Part shown: piece after piece, positions 12,301 through 31,405 of the stretch
Position numbering within the stretch: position 1 is the first letter of the stretch
Layout of the letters: every line of letters starts with the position of its first letter
Origin: Tubulanus polymorphus
Taxonomy: Eukaryota; Animalia; Nemertea
Reading direction: 5' to 3'
NCBI RefSeq assembly: GCF_964204645.1
Contig: NC_134025.1
Location: 22,176,299-22,240,298 of the forward strand
Length of the DNA stretch: 64,000 bases
Notes under the pieces: model-generated
What the model saw: only the letters and a program-made list of their open reading frames with translations
Databases searched by the model: none
What the model was told of the DNA's origin: nothing
Translations under genes and position numbers: made by a program

Positions 12301-13699
12301 AGCATATAAATCACCAGCAACGACACGACACAAATTATAAATATCACGACAACCTGAAATATTATGTATAAAATCATGATTTACGTTTCCACCTTCTAAG
12401 TCCTGACTTACCGATTGAATCGTCTCACAGGGTTCATCAAAATGACGAAATATCGTAATGTTCATTCATGTAAGAAATACAACCAAAACTCAAGCCAAAA
12501 AGGGTTTCTCTTATGAGCAATTAACATCAGAATCTTTAAAATACCCGTGGTAAAAATGATGACTAAAACTGGACCGATCTATAATTCACCAACTTTCCAA
12601 AAAGGTCCATATCTACACGGGACTTAGGCCTAAATAATAACATACCTTTATAGTGGTTGTGTTACGAACTTCAAATTTACATTCACAGGTTGGACAAATT
12701 TCTTTCACTCTATCCGCAGGAGGGTTCACCACGAATTTACATTTACTGAAAATCAAAAATATATCTTCTTAGAGGAAGAATCTCTAACTACAAGCATCAT
12801 AAGTTCAAATTACCCTGATTAAATTATAAGATACCCTCAGAGGGGGCTGTTTTCTATCATGAGGTTCCCCCTTTGGCACTCATCACAAGCAAGAACTCCC
12901 CGAATTTTTCAAGATCAAACCCCTGTTTCGTTCCTGGCAGGCGTGGTGGGATACACCAAATTAATAAGTCTATAGGCCCGATATCAATTCCTTAAATTGT
13001 TCTAGCCCTGTTCAAACTTCTGTTGACCTGTTCTAAGCCTACTTACCAAAAATCGGATAGTATGTTAGTTTGCACATATATTCGACGATTATCTTCGGTT
13101 CCGTTGGCGCCTTTCTGCGACGGGCAAACGCATTTACACCGATCATCTTCATATTGACCCTGCTAAGGTGAAAAAAATAAGTAGGGCCTAATCGCAGTGA
13201 TAAACAAGACAGAAATGAGTGAGATTTTACATTTTTCAATTATCGAATTAGTCTAATTCGATAATTGAAAAATGTAAAAATCTCACTCATTTCTGGCATA
13301 ATTCTGTTATTGACGTTAACAAGGTTGAAGCAATCTGTAAGGCGCGATAGGCCTTACTACTAATAATTAGTAGTAAGGCCTATCACGCCTTGCAGATTGC
13401 TTCAACCTTGTTTTTAGTAACACTGATAAGTGACACGGTCCGAAAACTTTACTGTTATAATAAGGTAAATCTTTTTTTAAACTGAACCTTGCGACAACAA
13501 GTTATTATGATTTGATGGTTTTAGAATAAATGAATTTGATTTTGATTGATTTTAGGTTGTTGTAGCATGTATTGTAGGCCTATTTCAGTTCAACGCCAGT
13601 ACTTACATCAGCTACTGTTACAGTTAGATATGTTAACGTCAATAACAGAATTATGCCACATTTCTTCCAATTTTCATTCATTTTCAGCTTAAAATCCAT
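9311..13699 (-). CDS. TMEM9: TMEM9/TMEM9B-family endolysosomal type I membrane protein. Exons (- strand): 13699-13607, 13159-13047, 12745-12646, 12353-12231 (alternative donor at 12222 adds VNL), 9472-9311
   Basis: Signal peptide ([31 protein letters not shown]), Cys-rich lumenal domain (QYEDDRCKCVCP...CPTCECKFEVRNTTTIK), TM segment (VVVIFIICVVSLLVIYMLFLLCLDPL) and the diagnostic C-terminus NRVKDTQEKWKGVVQEQRRHIYDQHTMLN*. GT-AG introns, phases consistent. Confidence 0.93.
10549..10627 (+). mobile_element. 5'-truncated copy of the same SINE 3' tail
   Basis: ggctgggataatgataccgaaaaaagtgctctgagcagc...gtgctatatgagacacatattat matches ~61151-61230. Confidence 0.75.
11302..11322 (-). CDS. TMEM9: Candidate 21-nt in-frame alternative microexon of TMEM9 (GGYQAVG)
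   Basis: Minus strand reads ...ttctattctgcctcgaacAG|GGTGGTTATCAAGCCGTAGGA|GTAAGT. It is phase 0/0 like the host intron, has a consensus donor and a UGC just before the acceptor. No transcript evidence is available. Confidence 0.5.
11568..11701. mobile_element. Harbinger/PIF-type MITE (family A), inverted degenerate copy
   Basis: gacttaagaccagtctaagac...ccaatctaacaacttaagac...ttaagaccacttttggtc is the reverse complement of the interior of 1269-1406. Confidence 0.75.
13210..13412. repeat. Two adjacent near-perfect palindromes (13210-13295 and 13318-13412) flanking a 28-nt inverted copy of TMEM9 exon 1
   Basis: Arms of ~42 and ~47 bp, each around a 1-nt centre; 13294-13321 is the reverse complement of 13631-13658. 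Confidence 0.92.
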
Positions 13700-14284
13700 G
13701 ATTATCCGGTTTTAACGGGGAAAATGCAGACTCGATTGGATTGGACATAAAACTAGAGGACTGAAGAGCATGGCGTGTCAGGACCCGTAAATTGACTGAT
13801 TGAATGAAACGTCGAAAAAAATTCAGCCGCACGTTTCAGCAGTATGATCCCTTGCAGTATGATCACTATGATCCCGAAAACAGCCTTCTGACACGGTAGT
13901 TTTTTTTTCTTTCTTACTGTAACCAAAGTGTGCTTGTTTGGCCGTGAAAATCTGAGAATCTTATTTCTAATTTTTCTCTAACGTTAAATTCTGTTTTCTG
14001 CGAACTTCTTCTTGGACTTGATCTTGATGATACCATTTCTGGAATTTTTTTAATGAACTTGAACTTGAATTCATATTCATTGCACAGTTTTAATATTGCC
14101 CCTTTCAACTGTTCCGCCTGAAAGTTTGATTTTTAAAACCTCACAGTTTTCAAAACCGCGTTTTAGTTGAATCCAAAATTTTCAAGGTCGTCGAGCCAAT
14201 TTGACAACTTTGAGTAATCGGTGCCAATTTAAAAGTACTTTTTTAACATTCCAAGTCCATTTTCAGTTTAGTTTTACAGTCTTA
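13700..14284. promoter_or_regulatory. Putative bidirectional promoter and 5' UTR region shared by TMEM9 (-) and TPCN2 (+)
   Basis: The start codons diverge only 585 bp apart. Tandem inverted CCAAT boxes (gattggattgg, ~13734-13744). A possible non-coding TPCN2 first exon ends at donor acg|gtagt (~13895), with an acceptor ttttcag at ~14266. Confidence 0.6.
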
Positions 14285-22943
<8,659 letters not shown>

Positions 22944-23819
22944 ATGCCGGGAGAGCATTGCTGTTTAGTTTCACCGAGTCGAGGTTTATTCATTTTCAAT
23001 CGAATTTTTACCTTTTGGAAACTTTGGGAAGTAGATTATAACAAGGACACATGTGATTATTAAACCTCATCAGAACAAATTGTTTTTAGAGAAAGAGTAT
23101 ATTAAATTGTCTCATTGTTATATATTGTTATTTTTTATAGAATATTCGTTTGTACATTAATCGATCAATTTTTAGACGATTGTTCTAATTCATCATGATT
23201 TTAGCCTGACCAGCAAATTAAAGCCTGTATTGAATCATACTTAGTTTGAAGATCAAAACCATTTCAATCGATTACATTCTGATAGTTTGTAAATGTTTTT
23301 AGATAATAATCTCGCGTATGATGCGATTTTCAAGTGTTCTTAAGTTGTCATTTATTCCTTTATTCTATATTGCCTTAGATTGTCGTAATTTCTAGCGATG
23401 TTTTAATCTAATCGTTTACTGGACCAAGTAATTGCTGCCATCTATAGCTGCAGATATGTTTATGTTAATTCTGTTCCCTTGCAATCTATATATTTTTTAA
23501 TAAAGCTCTTTAATTTACGATGAATATCTGGAGTTCATCTATCATCGGGCGCAATCTCTCGACAACAATACAATGGTGCACAGCACAGTACAAGTCATAA
23601 CACAGGGGCGCGTATTTGAACTGGTTTATTGGATGATGAGCTATTCACCTTGACCAAAAATTCATAATCTTTGCCTAAACGCATTCTGTCATTGGAAAAA
23701 AGATTTAGACACCGACATTAAGTACTGATTTTCATTAATACTATACAAAAGTATATAGCCTTTAGTAACTATAACTACTTAAAAATACTATAACTACGTA
23801 CAAATTGTCAAAAAATGGT

Positions 23820-23890
23820 TGCATCGGCCGGGAATCGAACCCGGGCCCCCCGCGTGGCAGGCGAGAATTCTACCACTGAACCACCGATGC
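23820..23890 (-). tRNA. tRNA-Gly (anticodon GCC)
   Basis: Reverse complement GCATCGGTGGTTCAGTGGTAGAATTCTCGCCTGCCACGCGGGGGGCCCGGGTTCGATTCCCGGCCGATGCA forms a canonical cloverleaf with A/B boxes; a T-run Pol III terminator follows. Confidence 0.97.
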
Positions 23891-25029
23891 AGACACTACT
23901 TTAAGGTGAAATAACGTTATAAATAATCATACTCTATAATCTCCGTTTTACGAATTGATTTGAGATGGCTTAGAACGAAACTATGATGCGTTGGCTCAAA
24001 TTAAGTTTCATTTCCAAAACTGAAGGGTAATTTTCGTGTCGATATCGATAAGAGAAATTTTACCTCTGACCACTGCGGTGATAGAAAGGGATAGACTCTA
24101 CTGGAGATAGATAATTCAATATCGGAAGCCACACAATATTGTACTCGGTGACTCAGTGTCCCCATTTGCTGTCTATATTTGTCGTGATCTTTTATGCTTA
24201 AAGTACTGTAGAATAATAAATTGTTTACTTGCTACGGAATTGTTTGCGATTGCACTATCAAACTGAATGTCTTTCATCTTTCAAAATTAGATGTGATCCT
24301 GGCTATTCTGTCTGATTCATTGAAATTGTTAGTCCATCATTAAGCAGCGAACAACGCAGATTAATGAGATTTCCTAGATAAAACCATAATGATCGATCAA
24401 ACACCCTGTTGGTATAAGAAAAGTATTACTCAATGCCGAAAAGGCCGAATGTCTATTTTCAATCAAGGTTAATTGCCCAGTCCCCAGATTGACAGAGCCT
24501 GGCCCAAAACGTGTCCGAGTAGCATAGACATTCGGAAACATTGCTAAGTCGGAGTGGATGTTTGATAAGAAAAAAATTACGTTTCAATTGCACTAAAAAG
24601 TACACCATTAACGGTCGGGGCTACGTGAGGTTGGATACTAGCTGCATTCATTAATTTTGCATCAACGTGGTGAGATCCCCAGGAATAAAAATGCACTGAT
24701 CCGTAAATCGCACGACAGGTCCCACTGTCCTATTAGCACAATGCCTGTTATTTATTTCTTTATTTGTCCCAGACGCGAATCTTAAACATTGACTGTTTTC
24801 TATGTGCTTGCGGCCCTAGCAACTCATTGACCTAAAGAAAACTTCTTGAAAGATTCTTGAAAGAAAATGTTCATTCTAGAATTCATCTTTCACTGAACAT
24901 ATTTATGAAGGACCCTGGTATGTCGCCATACCCAACGTGATATACTGGCCACAATACGTCACGTATCCAGCACGATAATTTCAGCAAAACATGAAAAGTG
25001 CTTGAGTAATTACGAGTATATAATTCGAG

Positions 25030-25290
25030 CAACGTTTTGGCTATAAACCAATAGCCATTATCAGGCGTAGGCATTTGATTCTTGAATAAATCCCACACTC
25101 CGAATTTATCTTTATATGACAAAATCTATTATTTTGAAACCACAACTTTTCGGCTGTTGACTAGCAGCCATTATCAGGTGGAATGCCTGATGACATCCAC
25201 CTGATGATGGCTGTTAGTCAACAGCCGAAACGTTGTGGTTTCAAAATGCTAAATTCTATCATATAAAATTCGAATTGTGGGATTTCTTCA
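25030..25290. mobile_element. Penelope-like element pseudo-LTR remnant arranged as an inverted repeat, carrying hammerhead motifs
   Basis: Palindrome ttttgaaaccacaacttttcggctgttgactagcagccattatcaggtgga / tccacctgatgatggctgttagtcaacagccgaaacgttgtggtttcaaaa, plus a third degenerate copy at ~25029-25066. Confidence 0.7.
25197..25238 (+). ncRNA. Minimal type I hammerhead ribozyme
   Basis: CCAC-CUGAUGA-U-GGCUGUU(AGUC)AACAGCC-GAAAC-GUU-GUGG: stem I CCAC/GUGG, conserved core, 7-bp stem II and palindromic minimal stem III (AACGUU). Confidence 0.7.
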
Positions 25291-25585
25291 ATTATCTGCA
25301 GTGTAGACGGATTGGCTGTTTTACCATTCTAGACGTTTGAAAAACAATTTCATAGGAAAATAAATCGCAGCGCAGCTTGAAATAAGGCTAAAATTTCCAA
25401 AGATTTTAAGTGAACGCTCCCGACCCCCTTCTTTTGACCCTGGATCCGGCATCAGCTGATTAACTTATCTCTTCCTCGGATTAACACTCTAAGTTGATGT
25501 ACCTTTTGCAGCCCACAAATGGTTTTCCAAGAAATGAACGTAAGAGAGTCAAGCCTTGTGCGCTCGGCAGCAAAATAATCAAAAA

Positions 25586-25658
25586 AGGCTCTGCTGGGAC
25601 TCGAACCCAGGATCTCCTGTTTACTAGACAGGCGCTTTGACCACTTAGCCACAGAGCC
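25586..25658 (-). tRNA. tRNA-Thr (anticodon AGT)
   Basis: Reverse complement GGCTCTGTGGCTAAGTGGTCAAAGCGCCTGTCTAGTAAACAGGAGATCCTGGGTTCGAGTCCCAGCAGAGCCT has anticodon stem CCTGT/ACAGG around CTAGTAA and is followed immediately by TTTTT. Confidence 0.97.
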
Positions 25659-28600
25659 GCATGGCGCATTATGCGGTCCGCATCGTTTTTGTTTGCTCAA
25701 TAACAGAGAGCGATTCGAATTTCCCGCTAGTTCATTAGAATAGACTGCGACACTAGCAGTTATACCAAAAAATACACGAAGAGGTTTTTTTCTTTAACTT
25801 AGGAGATGTTGAAGCATTTTGTTGCATGTTCAGGACAATTCTCAATATTTTGCCTCTGTTAACGAGATTTTATCATGTGGATGGCGGTGCGCACGATCCT
25901 TTCGCACGATCGCTTAATAGGCCCTATCTTTGAAATGTGTTAAATATTTAAGTAAAGTCTTTGCATTCGTTCGTTACCAAGCAATAATTACGTTTTCGAA
26001 AACTCTATTTTTTACTACGTTGAATGAATAAAACACGTGTGATCCTTTCCGCTGTAGCGTAGAAAACCTCGTGTTCCCACCGACGTCTGCGAATAGCTTT
26101 TTATTTGACCGATCCGAGGTCTCAAATTCTAAGTAAAACGAATCTAAACCTATTTTCGCCGAAAATCGAAATCGAACTGGGGTTGGGAAAATGTTCCATA
26201 CAGTCATAGTTCAAATGCTATGAGTTCGTAATAAATTATCCAATTTAGCCATAATTATGATCACACATAGTTACGTCACCGTCATAGATACCGATTCATT
26301 ATTTCGATTGAAAGATTGACACAATGGTGCATCCACCAATTATTGTCGTGGAAATGCACCGCGAAGATCCATCGCGAAAATTGGACGTGACCAAGCGCAA
26401 TTGTCCCGCCGCAAACGACACTCAGCCTCATCATGAACATAAGAATCACACCTTCGTGGCAAATATTTTACTCATCAAATTCATGAGAATGCCACCAGAT
26501 TTTCTCGAGATGTTATGTGCTGGTAACTCTATAGGTTTCCCACATCTCAATCCAGGTATCCGGCATATTGAAATCTGAAACATAAAACTTTTCAAATCTG
26601 AAGTTGAATTAGTTTCACGACCTTTCTGATGCTATTGATTACAGCTATATGCGCTAGCATTCTTCCACAACCGCTTCATTATATTTGCATCAGCGCTTTT
26701 TATTCATATATATATATGCTTATATATAGTGTTTAAACACATTTTGAGTGACGCTCAAAATAAATCTGGTGCTATTTAATCCCAAACGCAGATGCCTTAG
26801 CAACTTTCAAAAATATTGCTTCGTTGTCATCGATCCCAGTTGGCCGGGATATGAACCGAGTTTGTCACAATGTATAGTAGAAACGCAGACGGTACTAATG
26901 CTACCTAATTTTTGGCTTGAGAAAAATGGAAGAAAAATTGGGGGCTGTTGAGCTCTACACGTTTGGACAGATGCCGTACGAACTTTCGTTGACCGGAATG
27001 ACTATACCGGAGTTATTTTTGCTGATCGCTTATTTCGCACGTGACCTGCGGTCATCTTATTTCGGCCGATCGATCGCTATTAATTTCACATCTCATTCAT
27101 AAAAAAACGTTGCTGAATGAATCAGTAACCGCCGCCTGACCACAAATTTACACCTTCCCCTCCCCACTTTCGTCTATATTTACTCATGCTCCTCCAGGTC
27201 ATGAAGCCACGCGCGGATGTATACCCTCTGCCATTAGGTCCAGAGCTTGTCATGTTAATTTAGGTAGCTCTATATTTGCCGTGACCTCCTGTAAACTGAT
27301 TTCTACCTACTTTAAATGATCTTCAGCGTTTTTTTTGTGTCGCGTGGGTATAAATAACGAGAACAGTAGAGACGAAGGACAATGCCCTCTGTTATAGTCC
27401 CCATAAAAGATATTCACAAATGCTATACAACACACATAAATTGCGAACGTCCTTTTTCCCAATTCCATTGCAGACCATCAGTCACCAGACTATACAGACC
27501 AGTCCGGATCGTCTGACATCGAAAATTAATTGGCGAAATAGTTGATGTCGTCGGCTGAAGACTTGTAGACTGTCGGGAAAGTTAAAGAAACGGACTATCC
27601 AGAAAAAATGTCAATGTATTCGAGCTAATCTGCATAGTGATAAGAATGAAATCGGTGATCAGCATAGTGCTTGATTTCGATATTTGAGCAGAAAAGTATT
27701 AGTATTAGTCTTAGAGCTAGCTATGGTCATTTTGACCCATGTTTGAATCTTACAGTGGACATTCATATTAGTGCTAACTTCGAAAATGGTAATTGTCAGC
27801 TGGCGGCTCAAAACCGGAGTTTGGGTCACCCCAATGCCATTAGATTTTAGACCCATAGAACTCATGGTCATATATATGTAATATGTCACAAGGTGACATG
27901 TGATCACAAAACGGGTCAACTGACAAAATTTCCCGGGGTAAGGGTTTTTCAGACCCCCTAAATAAATTTTCAACGATTTAGAACCAAAAAGCTGAAACCA
28001 AAAAGTCCAAGTTGTAACTAGATTCTCTCCACAACGTTGCATTTTCGAGATGGAAATCTTTCATAAATCCTTACTTTCAACTCAAACATCATCAAAGTAA
28101 TTCATGTTTAGAAAAAAAATGTAACAAAATTTACTTATGTTATTAGGTTTATTAGGTAAATCTACCCTGCACGTAGAACATAAATCTTAAATGTTGAGAT
28201 GAACTGGATAATTTATCGAATGCTTATAAATCAGTTTGTGCTCTTTGATATCATTTTCACTATTACACATATTTTTCATCACTGTTCAACGATTTCAAGG
28301 ATGTTTTATGAGTTTAAAGACAAATAACTATACGGGAACACAATAATCAGTTATCGCAATGGACTTTGTATATTTATGGATCGATGTGATAGAAATATCT
28401 TATCAGAATATCTGATACAGTGTAATCTGACTCCAGATCACAGTTATAGATTTGTACCTATAGTCTATGCCCGCTATTACGAGAAGTCAAATAATAAGGC
28501 CCATTGATCTGATGATTAGGACCTTGAAATTGTATACGTTACAATGGAAACTGCGCAGCTATAGATTTATTTGAGTATCAAGATATTGCTCTTGGCTCGA

Positions 28601-29735
28601 AAATATAGTAACATCTGTGTGAACTTTTAACTGATGGTTCGTTACAATACGAGGAGGGGATGACACGAACTTGCATGGTTATAGACATTCTTTAAACGAG
28701 ACCTTCAAAAAAACGACGAACTTCCTGGCTATGAATTGTCGAATGTCTTTCTCAATTCCAATTATATACCACTTGTAGGATGACGCTTTTGCGAATACGT
28801 ATATACTTGGAATTTCGAATCCCGAAGAAATTCATGTCTCATGTACCGGGGGTGTTTGCCGAATCGTTTTATACACAGATCAACAAGGTTTTAGCCTCCC
28901 AAACATGTGATATTTTCCCGGCCATGATTAAGCCGTAAAGTATACTATACACCGAGTATTTAGACCATTATGTTACTAAGGATTTGGTTCGGGCGTTTGT
29001 CGCCTATATCGATGATGAATAATATGAATTTAGGTTAGCAGACGGGATTGAATGCCTGTAATCACTATACGTGGGTTAAGTACTAGACTTGTGATAATAG
29101 AAAACTCATCTATATATGTATACCGGGTACTTTTCGTCCTGCTGAGGCTTTCCTTCTCTATTGATGTCACCATTAACACTTCCATTATCAACGACATCAC
29201 GAAAAACCTTCACAATTATCAAGTGGTTCCCGGGATCCCAAACCGAACCGGTCATAATGTTGGCTAAAGTACCAAACTAGCGTAATTAACAGGTTCCTAA
29301 GTCTCACCAACGTTCATTAGATTAGCGCATCGTTACCATATCGTAATTGATTTTCATCGTACTGATGAAGGCAAATTTCATCAAGATTAGGGCGAGATCA
29401 TCGAAAGAAAAATCGATTTTTTGGGCTATGCCCCTATTTAGTTACTGATAGGTCTACTCGACCTCACCTACTCTACCTAAGACCTCCACCAGTCGCTTGC
29501 CGGTCCCGGCTGGTTGGAAGATTGTTTCGCACCGCAACCGAAATTTCCGTGTACTTCGATTTGAAAAACAAATTATATCTATATGTAGATTCGACCGATC
29601 ATCCGACTATAGTACTTCGATTTCCGATTTCAAAATCAAACCTGTCGTTTCGCTCCTGTTAGATGTGGTTGGTTTGTAGGGGATGCAAAATTCAAATCAA
29701 CGGCAAAATTGATTAATCAATCAAATAAATAAATC

Positions 29736-29851
29736 GGACAATTCCCTATCCGAAGAACAAAGAATGGAGCCTATTTTCGTTTGTAATTAGGTGGGACAAT
29801 TCCCTATCTATACAGATCAAAGAATGGAGCTTATTTTCGTGTGTATTTTAG
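29736..29851 (+). repeat. ~58-bp direct tandem duplication
   Basis: ggacaattccctatc...aga(a/t)caaagaatggagc.tattttcgt.tgta occurs twice. Confidence 0.85.
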
Positions 29852-31185
29852 TTCTTAATATCTTTTTGGCTTTGGTTGTCATCATCTGTTCTATACTCGA
29901 CTCTAAACATTTTAGTTGTCACTTGTAAATCTTGTCCGCTTTCTTGTAAACACCAACACCCACTTGAACTTAAACTTCCACTGTGTCGCAACAAAAATCG
30001 TTCTAAGAGATATAGAGCAACGATGCACCATGCTTCGTTTCTGTTAGTAAAAAGGACACTTCATTTTGCATAACTTATAACGGGTCGTTGAAGCAATCTG
30101 CCGATGTTGGCTCGTCGAAAAGATGGTTGATCTTAGCAAAAAAGTTCATTTTCCAGACGAAGTGTGTATACACACTGAATAATCGATCAACCGACCGTTT
30201 GAGTTTTCCAGTTGAGGATGTTAAAAACTCGGTTTTAATGTTCACTGGAGTGTCATACAGTCACCTAAATCATATTTACTTTGTGGTTGAACTACCTTTT
30301 TAAACACCGCGATTGACATTTGGAAATTTGTGTCAGTTTTCGACAATAGACCACGCACCATCATAGTTTTTTGAACCGAACTCCTTTTTATTCATCCGTC
30401 GGACCAGGGAGGTGGGAGAGAACTTGAAAAGTTGCTTTGTCATCTGTCACTGGGTCATCAGCAATATAATCATTTCATCGCATGCATAATCTTTTCTATT
30501 CAAAACGCTCATTGAGTTCGTGCAACGCGATGCAGAATCTGGAAATTTTGATCTGCCCTCGATTCTTTGAATAGCGATTTCATTTTCAGAAGCGCATAAA
30601 GCCTTGAATAAGAAGGCGACCACTAGGTCACCTCTTTTAATAAAGTTCGGCAGATGTTCTTTACTGGAAACTTGAGGCCATGACTCGGATCAACCCTTTA
30701 GCAGATGGTCATATATCATATAGGAAGTCATCCGGTACTTCCTAAAATATAGGAACCTGGATACGAAGGATCATTTTAGAGATGAACTGCTTCCATCGGC
30801 TTTTATCACATCCGTGTGCTTATCATTATTTCTAATGATGGTTCGCACCAACCAGACCACTCAAACTGGGGAAAGAATTAAACAGATTCTGGATTCTACG
30901 TGACTATATTCGCGTGATATGATGTTTTATTGCTCCGCCAAGGTGGCTCTAATTTTCGAGGAACATGTTTTACATCTAGCGCTGTTTTATAGGTGATTTT
31001 TATAACGTGTTCAACAGGCTGGTTACAGGGCAACCGGTTAGTCTTGTGAGGAGGGTTCCTTCATTTTGAAGTGCGGTATTACAGGGAGTTCTCTGGCCCA
31101 TCTGTCTAGGTATAACTGGCGGAATGCGATACTTCATGCATCATGCAAATATCAGGGTGTTATGAAATGATTATCTTTTGTAACA

Positions 31186-31405
31186 AGGGGTGGATCTGGG
31201 AATTTGGAACAGGGAGGCAAAACTTCCCAGACCTGTATATACATTATGGTGCATACAAGAGGCCTTTCAGTGGGATTTGGGGGCCCTAAGAAAATGTTTC
31301 TGAGCATCTGAGTGATTCTAAAACAAGATGAACAGCAATAATTTGTGAAACTGTTGTCTTGGTGAAAAAATAGTTCTCCCTGCCCCCCCCCTTAGATTCG
31401 ACCCT
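31186..31405. mobile_element. MITE with AGGGGYGGATCT-type termini
   Basis: AGGGGTGGATCT ... poly-C ... AGATTCGACCCT imperfect TIRs. Confidence 0.6.
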
